From: Desulfobacterales bacterium
GTDB taxonomy: Bacteria; Desulfobacterota; Desulfobacteria; Desulfobacterales; UBA5852
Length of the DNA: 64,000 bases
Reading direction: 5' to 3'
Assembly: GCA_963674755.2 (NCBI GenBank)
Contig: CAXXVS010000003.1
Coordinates: forward strand, 2,240,001-2,304,000
Each line of letters opens with the position of its first letter. The first letter of the stretch is position 1. Position numbers and translations under genes: made by a program. Of the stretch, positions 1 to 9,836 are shown piece by piece. The notes under the pieces are model-generated. The model was not told where the DNA came from. It did not search any database and worked only from the letters and a program-made list of their open reading frames with translations.

Positions 1-1308
1 CTGGCCGGGCAGGGGCAATGGCACCCCGGCGGGCCACCTGATTTGTCGGGCGAGTTCATGGTGGGCAAGGGTCGTTTTAACGTTCCGGCCGGGGATGTCC
101 GGGCCTCGGGTTTCAGCCTGCGGTTGCCCCTGGCCTGGCCGCCGCCGGAGAAAGCCAAAGCGGGTGTCTTTCGCCTGTCTTCGACCCTCTGGCAGAAGCG
201 GGAACTGGGCGGGGTGAGCGGCCAGCTGCGTCAGACCGCCCAGGGGATCGCTTTCGAGGCCCGCCACGCCAACCGGCTGGTGCCCGGGTTGATGGTGAAG
301 GCCGGGGGGCAGGTGGCGCTGGGGTCTGGAAGCCGCATGCCCCTGGTAAAAATCGACTGGTCGGCCGAGCGGCCTGTCGACGCCGAACCGATAGCGGTCT
401 CCGATCTTTTGCCCGAACCGTTGGGCTTTCCCATCACCTTCACGGGAGCCCTCTTCGCCCGGGGGGAGGCGGCCTACGACGGTGGGTTGCGGGGATCCCT
501 CTCGGCCGGCATCGCCGGGGGACGGCTTGCGGTGGAGGACCAGGGCGGGGTGATCGAGGGGATCGAGACCGCCTTGCACTTTCCGGATATGACGACACTG
601 CGCAGTGCACCGGCCCAGGTCATGACCTTCAAGGGGGTCGCATTGGGGAAGGTGCGGGCGGAAAAGGGCCGTCTGGCCTACCAGGTGGAGCCCGGCGCAG
701 TCGTCTTCCTGGAGGACGGCCGCTTCCAATGGTGCGGCGGAACCGTTATCATTCCGGCCACGCGTTTCACGGCTGGCAAGAACGCTTACGATGTCACGGC
801 GTTCTGCGACCGCATCAAACTGGACCTGCTGCTTGAGCAGCTGGGCATGGCCCAGGTCGAGGGCGGCGGCGCCATCAGCGGCCTTATACCGCTGAGCCTG
901 GTGGATGGCCGCCTGCGCTTCAACAATGCCTTTCTCTACTCCAGCCCGGGGGAAGGCGGGGTGATTCGGGCCCAGGGATCGGAGATGCTCACGGCCGGCA
1001 TCCCGCCGGGAACACCCCAGTACAACCAGATGGAGCTTGCACGCTATGCCCTCAAGGATTACGATTACCAGTGGGCCAAGGTCACCATGAACAGCGAGGG
1101 AGACGACTTGCTGGTACAATTGCAGTTCGACGGCAAGCCGGCCGAAGCGCTGCCGTTCGAATACGATTCCGCCGCCGGCGGTTTCGTCAAGACGGCCCCG
1201 GGCACGCCGGGATCGGTCTTCCAGGGCATCCGGCTGGATGTCAACGTGACCCTGCCGCTGAACCGGATACTGCGCTATCGGGAGTTTTTCAAACGATTGC
1301 AGCAATGA
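1..1308 (+). CDS. ydbH: YdbH-family (AsmA-like) intermembrane lipid-transfer protein, 5'-truncated by the window edge
   Basis: Frame is open from base 1. Beta-rich C-terminus (GGAISGLIPL...ALKDYDY...GIRLDVNV); followed by YnbE- and YdbL-like genes. Confidence 0.75.
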   Translation: MAGQGQWHPGGPPDLSGEFMVGKGRFNVPAGDVRASGFSLRLPLAWPPPEKAKAGVFRLSSTLWQKRELGGVSGQLRQTAQGIAFEARHANRLVPGLMVKAGGQVALGSGSRMPLVKIDWSAERPVDAEPIAVSDLLPEPLGFPITFTGALFARGEAAYDGGLRGSLSAGIAGGRLAVEDQGGVIEGIETALHFPDMTTLRSAPAQVMTFKGVALGKVRAEKGRLAYQVEPGAVVFLEDGRFQWCGGTVIIPATRFTAGKNAYDVTAFCDRIKLDLLLEQLGMAQVEGGGAISGLIPLSLVDGRLRFNNAFLYSSPGEGGVIRAQGSEMLTAGIPPGTPQYNQMELARYALKDYDYQWAKVTMNSEGDDLLVQLQFDGKPAEALPFEYDSAAGGFVKTAPGTPGSVFQGIRLDVNVTLPLNRILRYREFFKRLQQ

Positions 1309-1359
1309 CTGCTTTGTAAAATACCCCTACGATGGACGCTAACTTTAGGGAGGTGCACC

Positions 1360-1581
1360 ATGCACAATTGGCAATGGCTGCCGGTCGGTCTGGCGCTGGG
1401 GGTGATGCTGCTGCTTCCCGGCTGCACCCATCATCAGGTGGAGGTGGCACCGGTGGAGATCAAACCGATCCACATCACCATTGACGTGAATGTCAAGATC
1501 GACCGGGAACTGGACAACTATCTGGACGATATTTTCGAGGCCGATCAAACTATTCGCAAAAAACAGGAAACCAACCCCTGA
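1360..1581 (+). CDS. ynbE: YnbE-like lipoprotein
   Basis: GGAGG RBS, lipobox LPGC, motif KPIHITIDVNVKID. Confidence 0.8.
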   Translation: MHNWQWLPVGLALGVMLLLPGCTHHQVEVAPVEIKPIHITIDVNVKIDRELDNYLDDIFEADQTIRKKQETNP

Positions 1582-1611
1582 GCGGGACTGGGGAACCATG
1601 GAGGATCCGTC

Positions 1612-1989
1612 ATGAATCGCATTTCGCATATTATCTTGGCTATGGGAGGATTCGCTCTGGCCCTGGCCCTGCTCATCACCGCGCCGGCCTTGGCCGGCCC
1701 GCTCCAGGACCAAATGAAGGCCCGGCTGCCGGAGATCGTGGCCCTTAAATCCAAGGGCATCATCGGGGAGAATTCCCAGGGCTATCTGTCATTCGTGGGC
1801 CAGAGTCGGGAGGGGGCCGATATTGTCGCCGCGGAAAACGAAGACCGCAAAATGCTCTACCAGGCGATCGCCAAAAAGACCGGCGCCACCACGGAAAAGG
1901 TCGGACGCAGGGCCGCCCTGAAATGGAAGGAGAACCTCGGCCCGGGGGAATACTTTCAAAACGAGGACGGCACCTGGATTAAAAAATAG
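1612..1989 (+). CDS. ydbL: YdbL/DUF1318 family periplasmic protein
   Basis: Signal peptide; GIIGENSQGYL, ENEDRKMLYQAIA, GEYFQNEDGTW motifs. Confidence 0.85.
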   Translation: MNRISHIILAMGGFALALALLITAPALAGPLQDQMKARLPEIVALKSKGIIGENSQGYLSFVGQSREGADIVAAENEDRKMLYQAIAKKTGATTEKVGRRAALKWKENLGPGEYFQNEDGTWIKK

Positions 1990-2110
1990 CCGGCCGAATG
2001 CCTGCCGCAGGTCCGCGGCCCCGCCGCGGATCACCTCCCTGTCGGCCTTGTCACCAAAGGCCGGTCTCCAGCTATAGCGACACACCCATTATCGACGCGA
2101 GGATTATTGC

Positions 2111-3475
2111 ATGAGTACACCAGCGCCTCCCTGGGACGTCATCAGCGCGCTGATCGAAGCGCGGAACAGCGCCGAGTTGACGCGCTTTATCGAAACCCTC
2201 AGCCCGCCGGATACAGCACGGGCCATCTCCCGCCTGAGTGAAGAAAAACAGGTGGCCCTGCTGGGACTGCTGCATCCCGAGGATGCCGCCGATCTAATCG
2301 AGGATATCTCGGAAACCCAGGCGGCCGATCTGGTGGAGGAGATGCCCTCGGAGCAGGCGGCGGCCATTATGGAGGAGCTCTCCAGCGACCACCTGGTGGA
2401 CGTCCTGGGGCAGATGGAGCCGGATGCCAGTCGGGCCATCCTGGCCCGAATGGATCGCGAAGACGCGGAAGAGGCCCGCATGCTGCTGGCCTATCCAACG
2501 GATTGCGCCGGCGGCATCATGATTTCGGAGTTCCTGGCCTACCGCAACGACGACACCATTCAAGGGGTGCTCGATGATCTGCAGGCCCATCGCAGCGAAT
2601 ACGCCGACTACAACGTCCAATACTTCTACGTGGTGGATCAGGAAGCCAAGCTGGCCGGCGTCCTGCGCATCCACGACCTGCTGTTTCCGGCCCGGAATAC
2701 CCGGCTGGGGGATGTGATGCTGACCTCCCCCCTCAGCGTATCGGACAAGGCTTCCCTTCGGGAGCTGCGGGCCTTTTTCGACGAACATCACCTGTTCGGC
2801 GTACCGGTGGTGGACGACATGAAACGGCTGGTGGGGGTGGTCCTGCCGGATGATGTGGAAGAGGCGGTCAACAAGCAGAAGACCAAAACCTTCCTGCGGT
2901 TGAGCGGCATCATCGGGGGCGAGGAATTCCGGACCATGCCCCTGTTGTCCCGTTCCGGACGCCGACTGTCCTGGCTGAGCATGAATATCGTGCTCAACAT
3001 CATCGCCGCCAGTGTCATCGCCCTTTACCAGGACACCTTGTCGGCGGCCATCACCCTGGCGGTTTTCCTGCCCATGGTGAGCGATATGAGCGGCTGTTCC
3101 GGCAACCAGGCCGTGGCGGTCTCCATGCGGGAGCTCTCTTTAGGCCTGGTCCGGCCGGGGGAATTGTTGTGGGTGTTGGCCAAGGAAGCCCGGGTGGGCA
3201 TCATCAACGGCCTGATCCTGGGCGCGATGCTGGGTGGGGTGGCCTATCTCTGGAAGGACAACCTGTGGCTGGGACTGGTGGTGGGCGGCGCCCTGGCGGC
3301 CAACACCCTGGTGTCGGTCCTGCTGGGCGGGATGCTGCCCCTCGCGCTGAAAAAACTGAAGCTGGACCCGGCCCTGGTCTCCAGTCCGCTGCTCACCACG
3401 GTCACCGACATGTGCGGGTTTTTCTTCGTCCTGAGTTTTGCCTCGGTGGTGCTCTCCAAACTCGCCGGGGTATAA
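2111..3475 (+). CDS. mgtE: MgtE magnesium transporter
   Basis: Acidic N-domain, CBS pair, 5 TM helices with SGNQA and PLLTTVTDM motifs. Confidence 0.92.
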   Translation: MSTPAPPWDVISALIEARNSAELTRFIETLSPPDTARAISRLSEEKQVALLGLLHPEDAADLIEDISETQAADLVEEMPSEQAAAIMEELSSDHLVDVLGQMEPDASRAILARMDREDAEEARMLLAYPTDCAGGIMISEFLAYRNDDTIQGVLDDLQAHRSEYADYNVQYFYVVDQEAKLAGVLRIHDLLFPARNTRLGDVMLTSPLSVSDKASLRELRAFFDEHHLFGVPVVDDMKRLVGVVLPDDVEEAVNKQKTKTFLRLSGIIGGEEFRTMPLLSRSGRRLSWLSMNIVLNIIAASVIALYQDTLSAAITLAVFLPMVSDMSGCSGNQAVAVSMRELSLGLVRPGELLWVLAKEARVGIINGLILGAMLGGVAYLWKDNLWLGLVVGGALAANTLVSVLLGGMLPLALKKLKLDPALVSSPLLTTVTDMCGFFFVLSFASVVLSKLAGV

Positions 3476-3558
3476 ACGCGCGGCTAAATCGGCGTTGCCA
3501 AAGACCGGCCAAAGGTGTAGATCCGTCGAAACTCTGATGGGGAGACGGCATCGGCCTT

Positions 3559-4779
3559 ATGCGGGTCCTGACGATTTTCATCGCCACCTATATCGGGGTG
3601 GCCATCGGGCGGGTGCCCTGGCTGGTGCTGGACCGTACCGGCATGGCCCTGCTGGGGGCCATCGCCATGGTGGTCAGCGGCGCCGTTTCCCTCGACCGCG
3701 CCGTGGCGTCCATCGACGCGGCGACCATCCTGCTGCTCTTCGGCTTCATGATCGTGTCGGCCCAATTGCGGCTGGGCGGCTTCTACACCCGCGTAGCAAA
3801 TGCGCTCGCCGCCTGCCGGGTCGGTCCCCGGCTCTTGCTGCTCAACATCATGCTGGCCAGCGCCGTCCTTTCCGCCCTGCTGGCCAACGACATCGTCTGC
3901 CTGGCCTTTACACCGGTGCTGGTGGTCTCCCTGCAGCGGGCCCGGCGCAACCCCGTGCCGTATTTAATCGGACTGGCCGTGGCCAGCAACATCGGTTCGG
4001 CGGCCACCATCATCGGCAATCCCCAGAACATGCTCATCGGTCAGATCGGTCAGCTCGATTTCGGGCGCTTTTTCACCTGGTGCGGGCCGCCGGCCCTGCT
4101 GGCTCTGCTGGGCGCCTTCGGCATTATCTGCCGGGGCTACCGTAAAGGGTTTAGCCTGCCGACGGCCGCCGTTCTCCCGGACGTATCCTGGCCGGTCTTC
4201 AACCGCTGGCAGACCGCCAAAGGGCTGGCGGCGGTGGTTATCCTCATCCTGCTGTTCTTCACCAAGTTGCCGCGGGAAATCACGACGATCGCCGTGGCCG
4301 GGGTGCTGCTTTGCAGCCGGCGGTTGAAATCCAGGCAGATCGTCGAACTCGTGGACTGGTATTTGCTGACCCTCTTTTTGGCCTTGTTCGTCGTCATCCA
4401 GGCCGTGGCCGACGCCGGACTGCCCGCGGCCGCCACGGCGGTGCTAAAGCCCCTGGGCATCGATCTGGCCAATCTTTATGTTCTCTCCCTGGTGTCCACG
4501 GCCATGAGCAATCTCTTCAGCAACGTACCCGCCGTCATGCTGCTGATCCGCTTTCTGGATCCTACCGATCCCTTCCAGTGGCAAGCGTTGGCGCTATCGA
4601 GTACCTTTGCCGGCAACCTGATCACTATCGGGAGCATCGCCAATCTGATCGTCATCGAGCAAGCGCATCTATACGGGGTCGAGATCGGTTTCCGGGAGCA
4701 CGCCCGCATCGGCGTGCCGGTCACGCTGTTTTCGCTGCTGGTGCTGGTGGTCTGGATTGGGGTGCGGCAGGGGGCTTGA
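3559..4779 (+). CDS. ArsB/NhaD-superfamily anion permease
   Basis: ASNIGSAATIIGNPQN, SNLFSNVPA and STFAGNLITIGSIANLIV motifs; many TM segments. Confidence 0.85.
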   Translation: MRVLTIFIATYIGVAIGRVPWLVLDRTGMALLGAIAMVVSGAVSLDRAVASIDAATILLLFGFMIVSAQLRLGGFYTRVANALAACRVGPRLLLLNIMLASAVLSALLANDIVCLAFTPVLVVSLQRARRNPVPYLIGLAVASNIGSAATIIGNPQNMLIGQIGQLDFGRFFTWCGPPALLALLGAFGIICRGYRKGFSLPTAAVLPDVSWPVFNRWQTAKGLAAVVILILLFFTKLPREITTIAVAGVLLCSRRLKSRQIVELVDWYLLTLFLALFVVIQAVADAGLPAAATAVLKPLGIDLANLYVLSLVSTAMSNLFSNVPAVMLLIRFLDPTDPFQWQALALSSTFAGNLITIGSIANLIVIEQAHLYGVEIGFREHARIGVPVTLFSLLVLVVWIGVRQGA

Positions 4780-5057
4780 AGACGACCTGCTGGGACCGGC
4801 GGCCGGCGAAAAGCCCGCGCGTTTTTCAGGTAGGTAGCGGCCGATAGGCCTGTTGATGCTCGTGGCCTGTCGTTAAGGGTTTAATGAGCGTGTGGAATAC
4901 GGTTAGTCACCGCAGAATATGGCGCTGGGAATTGCCACCATGAGAGCCGTCATTGGAACCACAGGCTGTTAATGCGTCCAGGACCATCCATTTCACCAGA
5001 AATATGCCGTTGCTGCGGCTCTGGCCCGGGAATACCTTATCCAGGCTCAAAGAATAC

Positions 5058-5086
5058 TTGACATGGTATGGTTACAAGGATAGTAT
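5058..5086 (+). promoter_or_regulatory. Sigma70-type promoter of arsR
   Basis: TTGACA-N17-TAGTAT about 30 nt upstream of the arsR ATG. Confidence 0.6.
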
Positions 5087-5115
5087 ATTCCAAAATGGTT
5101 ATATGGAGTTCGTGC

Positions 5116-5463
5116 ATGAAAACTCTCGTCAAAATCATGAAAGCCCTGTCCGATCCAACGCGCATCAAGATCGTGAAGATGCTTCAGCACAAAACGCTAT
5201 GCGTCTGCGAAATGCAGGCGGCCTTGGGGCATTCCCAACCCAACGTGTCCAAGCATTTGAAGATCTTGCAGGAAGCCGGCCTGGTGGAATCACAAAAGGA
5301 TGGTTTGTGGGTTAACTATGCGATTGTTCCGGCCGACAAGGCCGGGCCGTATGTCGGCACCTTACTAAGTGGCATGGAAGGGTGGCTGGAGGATGACCCG
5401 GAAATGAAGGCCATCCTCAAAAAGATCCATTTCGTGGATCGTGTGACCCTTTGTCGCAACTAA
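5116..5463 (+). CDS. arsR: ArsR/SmtB family metalloregulator
   Basis: KALSDPTR, LCVCEM box, SQPNVSKHLKIL HTH; GGAG RBS before ATG 5116. Confidence 0.88.
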   Translation: MKTLVKIMKALSDPTRIKIVKMLQHKTLCVCEMQAALGHSQPNVSKHLKILQEAGLVESQKDGLWVNYAIVPADKAGPYVGTLLSGMEGWLEDDPEMKAILKKIHFVDRVTLCRN

Positions 5464-5593
5464 AAAATTTTAGGCTATTATATAACTGTATATCGATATA
5501 GCGATATTAACACACTTGATATCATTGGCGCCGTTCTCAGGAGCATCGCAACCGTTTACGAAAACATGACTGTCACCGATGTCAAAGGAGATT

Positions 5594-5830
5594 ATGATGG
5601 AAATCAAAGTCTTGGGCCCTGGTTGCCCGAAATGCCGGCAAACCATGCAGCAGGTCGAGAAGGCCATCGTCGAGACCGGCGTAAACGCGGAAGTGTCAAA
5701 GGTCACGGATATCCGCAAAATCGCCGAATACGGCGTTTTCGGAACACCGGCTGTGGTGGTGGACGGGGAAGTCAAAAGTGTTGGCAAGATCCCCCGTGTG
5801 GAAGATATCAAGGCGTGGATTCAAGGCTGA
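5594..5830 (+). CDS. Small redox-active disulfide protein (MTH895-like thioredoxin)
   Basis: IKVLGPGCPKC...TPAVVVDG; AAGGAG RBS. Confidence 0.88.
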   Translation: MMEIKVLGPGCPKCRQTMQQVEKAIVETGVNAEVSKVTDIRKIAEYGVFGTPAVVVDGEVKSVGKIPRVEDIKAWIQG

Positions 5831-5871
5831 TGCAGGCTAACGATTACTTTTTCTGATCAGAGGAGAACCGC

Positions 5872-6297
5872 ATGACGAAAGAATGCTGCCAATCCAACAA
5901 CCACGTTATGATTCTGGCCTGTTCGGGCGCATCCAACGTCGGCCAGCTCAGCAACCAGGCGGCCATCGAACTGACCCGGGAAGGGTATGGCAAGATGTTC
6001 TGCCTGGCCGGGATCGGCGGGCAGTTGTCCGGCTTCGTGCAGTCGGCCAGGGATGTCCCCCATCTGGTGGCGATCGACGGCTGCCAGGTGGGTTGTGCCA
6101 AGGCCATCCTGGACCAGGCCGGCATCGAGACGAAAAACTACATCGTGCTGACCGACAACCCCGGGATCGAAAAGAACAAGGACTTCGAACTCAAGCGTGA
6201 GGAGATCGAACAGGTGAAATCCACGGTCAAGGGGCTGCCGCTTGCCGTGGGGGCACCGCCGGTCTCCGGCTCCGGTGGGTGCTGTTCCTGCTCCTGA
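5872..6297 (+). CDS. DGC-domain putative zinc-binding protein
   Basis: ACSGASNVGQ, MFCLAGIGG, AIDGC motifs; Cys-rich tail. Confidence 0.85.
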   Translation: MTKECCQSNNHVMILACSGASNVGQLSNQAAIELTREGYGKMFCLAGIGGQLSGFVQSARDVPHLVAIDGCQVGCAKAILDQAGIETKNYIVLTDNPGIEKNKDFELKREEIEQVKSTVKGLPLAVGAPPVSGSGGCCSCS

Positions 6298-6338
6298 ACC
6301 TGTCCGGATAATGCGAATTGCCTGAAGGAGGTTACGGT

Positions 6339-6731
6339 TTGAACCAATCCGTCCGCGTTTTGCTCATAGTCGTATGTTTTTTGTTGTTCGGGGGAACGTC
6401 CCTCATCGCCGGCGAGCCGGTCGAAGTACCCGTCAAAGGCATGGTGACCATGGTGGACCTGGGGGCTGACAAATGCATTCCCTGTAAGATGATGGCCCCC
6501 ATTATTGAGAAGGTGCGTAAGGATTTCGAGGGCCGGGCCGCCATCGTTTTCCTCGATGTCTGGAAGGATTCCAGCCACGGACGGCGGTTCGGCATCCGCG
6601 CCATTCCGACCCAGATTTTTTTCGACGCCGAAGGCAAGGAAGTATTTCGCCACATGGGATTCATGGATGAGAAGAGCATCGTGGCCAAGCTTTACGAGCT
6701 GGGGGTTCCCAGGCCTGAGACGACGCAGTAG
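6339..6731 (+). CDS. Exported thioredoxin-family protein
   Basis: AAGGAGG RBS then TTG 6339; signal/TM segment, DLGADKCIPCKMM, GIRAIPTQIFFD. Confidence 0.85.
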   Translation: MNQSVRVLLIVVCFLLFGGTSLIAGEPVEVPVKGMVTMVDLGADKCIPCKMMAPIIEKVRKDFEGRAAIVFLDVWKDSSHGRRFGIRAIPTQIFFDAEGKEVFRHMGFMDEKSIVAKLYELGVPRPETTQ

Positions 6732-7077
6732 GGCCGTCGAATCTCTACGGGCGGCTGCCGGGCCTGGAGGAAGTAGGGCATGCCTTTGCCAGGGAATCAA
6801 CCTGAGGAAAACAAATCGGCACTTGCCCATCCTGAAGGAAATCAAATTGGAAGAGATGTCCGCTCCATCCGGCGGGATCTGTTCAAGCCATTTAAGGGCC
6901 TGCCGCCATCGCGTTCCCCCAAGGTTGATGCAGCGTTTGCTGGTACGGGTTACCGATAATCAGTGTGGCTCCAGCAGAACGTCCAGTTGCCGTAAATCGC
7001 AGGGCGTCATAACGGAAGGTTTTTCAATTCCGTGTGGCAGCAGGCCGGCCTGCCGATCGATAAACAGGGGTAACGCC

Positions 7078-7380
7078 ATGAACGAGGAACAGATCCTGGA
7101 GGACCACAACCACGAAGAAAACGGATGCGTGTGCCATGACCACACGGAGGATAGTCACCTGCATGGCTGCGCAGGCCACCACCACGGACCGCCGTTGCAG
7201 GACACCAGCGGTCCCCGGCTGCTCGCCACCCTGGCGTTGAACCTGGTCATTCCGACAGCCCAGATCGTCGCTTCCATGCCCATGGCCCAACGGCTGGTCA
7301 TGGCCGAGTTTTTTCGCTTTTCTTCCCAATTGAAAGTCCTGTGGGAAGACAAAGGTGGTGCGCAGGATACCGACCTTTGA
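7078..7380 (+). pseudogene. Truncated CzcD/ZitB-like cation diffusion facilitator (His-rich N-terminus and first TM only)
   Basis: His/Cys-rich leader, then RLLATLALNLVIPTAQIV typical of CDF TM1; similarity stops near 7270. Confidence 0.55.
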
Positions 7381-7408
7381 TCCGGCCGGAATCGATGGGG
7401 GTCAATCT

Positions 7409-8686
7409 ATGAAACATAGTATTCTTATCCTAATGTTCAGCCTGCTCTGCACCGGATCCAGCTGGGCGATCGGCATCCAGGACCTGTTGGATGCGGTCTC
7501 CCGGCAGCCGGGTTACGATGTCAGCGCCTTGTCGGTTCAAGAAAGCAGCTTGCAGCAAGAGCGGGCCACGGCCGCGCTGTTCCCAAAACTGGGGCTTTTC
7601 GGACGGGCCGAGAGTTACAACTCGCCGACCAACCTGCGACCCGTAACGCCAACCGAAGCAAGCAAGGCTGCCGATGGCGAAGCGGTTCCCTTTTCCCGGG
7701 AGATCCTGCGCTACGGGTTGAGCTTCGACGCCCCCGTGTATGTCCGCGAGCTATACGTGCTGCGACAAAAGGCGATGCTGCTGCGGGAAAAAGCCGAAAC
7801 CGACCGGCAGCTGGACTTGATCGGCCGCCAGGCGTCGGTGGTTTCGCTCAACAGCGCCCTGGCCTATCTCCAAGCCCTTGAAGCGGCGATCGTGGCGCGA
7901 CATGCATCGCTTGGCAAAACCCTTGAAGATATGTCGCTCAAGGTCAAAACCGGAAGGTCCCCGGAATCCGAGCTTCTAAAGATTCAGAAGACACTCAACG
8001 ACCTGGATCAGCAACGAAATGAACTGGACATCAAACGCCTGGACACCCTTCGGGAAATCCGGGCATTGACCGGCGTCGAGCTCACCGCGGCGGCGGACAT
8101 GACCCTCTTGCACCCGCCGGGCGGGACTTCCTACCTGTCGGTAACCGCCGCGCAATACAGCACCGACGCTGCTGCAAAGGAAGTCGAACGCCGGCGGGCG
8201 GCCCGCTGGCCGACCTTGGCGGTCACCGGCTTTGTCTCCGGCAATGACGGCGAGGCTTACAACACGGACAGCCATATCTACCGGAGCTACAGCACAATCG
8301 CCCTGGTGCTGAAATTCCCTCTTTTCGACCGCACCCTGAGCACCGACGAGTCCATCGCCTGCGTTCAGCTGGAAAAGGCCAAAAAACAGCTGGAACAAAC
8401 ACACCTCGATATGGCGGCCCTGGCGGACACGCTGGATCGCAAAATTCCAGTCGTCGAAAATTCCATCGGTCTGGCCGAAAAATCGATCGCCGACGCCCAG
8501 ACCCTGCTGTCAGTGGCCCAGGTTGCAGTGCGCTCGGGACGTATGACCATGGAGGACTATTTGCGCTATGAAAGCGATGTGCTGGCCGCCCAGGCTGTGC
8601 TTTACCAGGCGCGTCAGCAGCGCTGGCAGGTCGTGGCCCAGCAGGCGGCGCTTTATGGAACGGATTTGAAAGGAGTCGTGAAATGA
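7409..8686 (+). CDS. TolC-family outer membrane efflux protein
   Basis: Signal peptide, two OEP-like repeats (ALFPKL, ARWPTL), first gene of an RND operon. Confidence 0.82.
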   Translation: MKHSILILMFSLLCTGSSWAIGIQDLLDAVSRQPGYDVSALSVQESSLQQERATAALFPKLGLFGRAESYNSPTNLRPVTPTEASKAADGEAVPFSREILRYGLSFDAPVYVRELYVLRQKAMLLREKAETDRQLDLIGRQASVVSLNSALAYLQALEAAIVARHASLGKTLEDMSLKVKTGRSPESELLKIQKTLNDLDQQRNELDIKRLDTLREIRALTGVELTAAADMTLLHPPGGTSYLSVTAAQYSTDAAAKEVERRRAARWPTLAVTGFVSGNDGEAYNTDSHIYRSYSTIALVLKFPLFDRTLSTDESIACVQLEKAKKQLEQTHLDMAALADTLDRKIPVVENSIGLAEKSIADAQTLLSVAQVAVRSGRMTMEDYLRYESDVLAAQAVLYQARQQRWQVVAQQAALYGTDLKGVVK

Positions 8687-9822
8687 AAAAGCGCGTCGTG
8701 ACGATTTTGGTCCTCGTACTGGTCGCCGCCGCCGGCCTGATGCTGCTCAAGAAACGAAAAGCCGACCTTGCCCAGGCCTCTCCCGCCCAAGTCCTGCCGG
8801 CGGTGGTTGCGGCCATGGAACTCAAATCCCAACCGGTCACCCTGACCCTGCCGGCCATGGGCGTGGTGGCCTCGGACGTTTCGGCGGTGCTGTCCACCCG
8901 AATCAGCGGTCAAGTGAGCGAAGTCCTCAAGCAAGAGGGTGATTCCGTAAAAAAAGGGGACACGCTCGTCCGAATCGATGCCGCGGATCTGGAGGCCAAA
9001 AAGCAGGGGCTTGCACTCCAGCGCCAGGGCATTGTCTTTCAGGTCGAGGGCCGGAAGGCCGAGGTCGGGGCCCTGGAGACGGCGTTGAAAAGTGCGCGGG
9101 AGGCCCATGCCCGGACCAAGGAACTGCTCGATATAAAAGGCGCCTCGCCCGAACAATACAGCCAGGAAGAGGCCGAGATCGCCAAGTTGAAAGCCGCCCT
9201 GACAGCGTCCCGCAACGGCATCGAGACCCTGCAGAAAAGCATGGGGGCTTTGGGTGCTTCCATGCGGGAAATCGACTCGCTAATGACCTATGCCACCCTG
9301 GTCGCGCCCATCGACGGCACGGTGAGCCAGATCTTGGCCCGTCCCGGCGATCTGGCCACGCCGGGCAAGCCCCTTGTGCGGGTTTCCTCAAAAGCCGGAC
9401 TCTATCTGAACCTTTCCCTGCCCGATGCGCTGCGTGCCGACCAAGTGGCCATGGCGGGTCAAGTCTTGCCGCTGACATCCAAGGACCAGACCGGAGAAAC
9501 CGGGCTGGTGCAGTACGTGGCGCCGCTGCCGGAAAACATCGGGTTGGTCCAGGGGCAGTTCGTCAATGTGGATGTCGTGGTCTTTAAAGGACAGGAGGTG
9601 CTGGTACCTATCGATGCCTTGCTGACCATAAACGGATCTTCTTCGGTTTTTGTGCTGGCTCCCGACGACAAGGCGCAACGACTGCGCGTTGCGATCAAGG
9701 CCCGGGGCGTTGAAGGCGTGGTCATCGATCAGAACCTGGCCGGCCGCAGGATTATCGTGGCCAAGCCGGATATTCTCTTACGGGTGGCCGCCGGCGTTCC
9801 CGTGACCACAAGCAATTTATAG
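8683..9822 (+). CDS. RND efflux periplasmic adaptor (MFP)
   Basis: N-terminal anchor, lipoyl half-motifs (SGQV..EGDSVKKGD; APIDGTV), coiled coil; ATGA overlap with tolC. Confidence 0.88.
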   Translation: MKKRVVTILVLVLVAAAGLMLLKKRKADLAQASPAQVLPAVVAAMELKSQPVTLTLPAMGVVASDVSAVLSTRISGQVSEVLKQEGDSVKKGDTLVRIDAADLEAKKQGLALQRQGIVFQVEGRKAEVGALETALKSAREAHARTKELLDIKGASPEQYSQEEAEIAKLKAALTASRNGIETLQKSMGALGASMREIDSLMTYATLVAPIDGTVSQILARPGDLATPGKPLVRVSSKAGLYLNLSLPDALRADQVAMAGQVLPLTSKDQTGETGLVQYVAPLPENIGLVQGQFVNVDVVVFKGQEVLVPIDALLTINGSSSVFVLAPDDKAQRLRVAIKARGVEGVVIDQNLAGRRIIVAKPDILLRVAAGVPVTTSNL

Positions 9823-9836
9823 GAGGGGCGCCGACG

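Noticed and set aside
1..1989. ydbH-ynbE-ydbL as a novel system
   Set aside because: A known conserved operon in its usual order.
6505..7077. N-terminal part of the 291-aa ORF 6505..7380
   Set aside because: Overlaps the thioredoxin in another frame and is not protein-like; a plausible start with RBS is at 7078.
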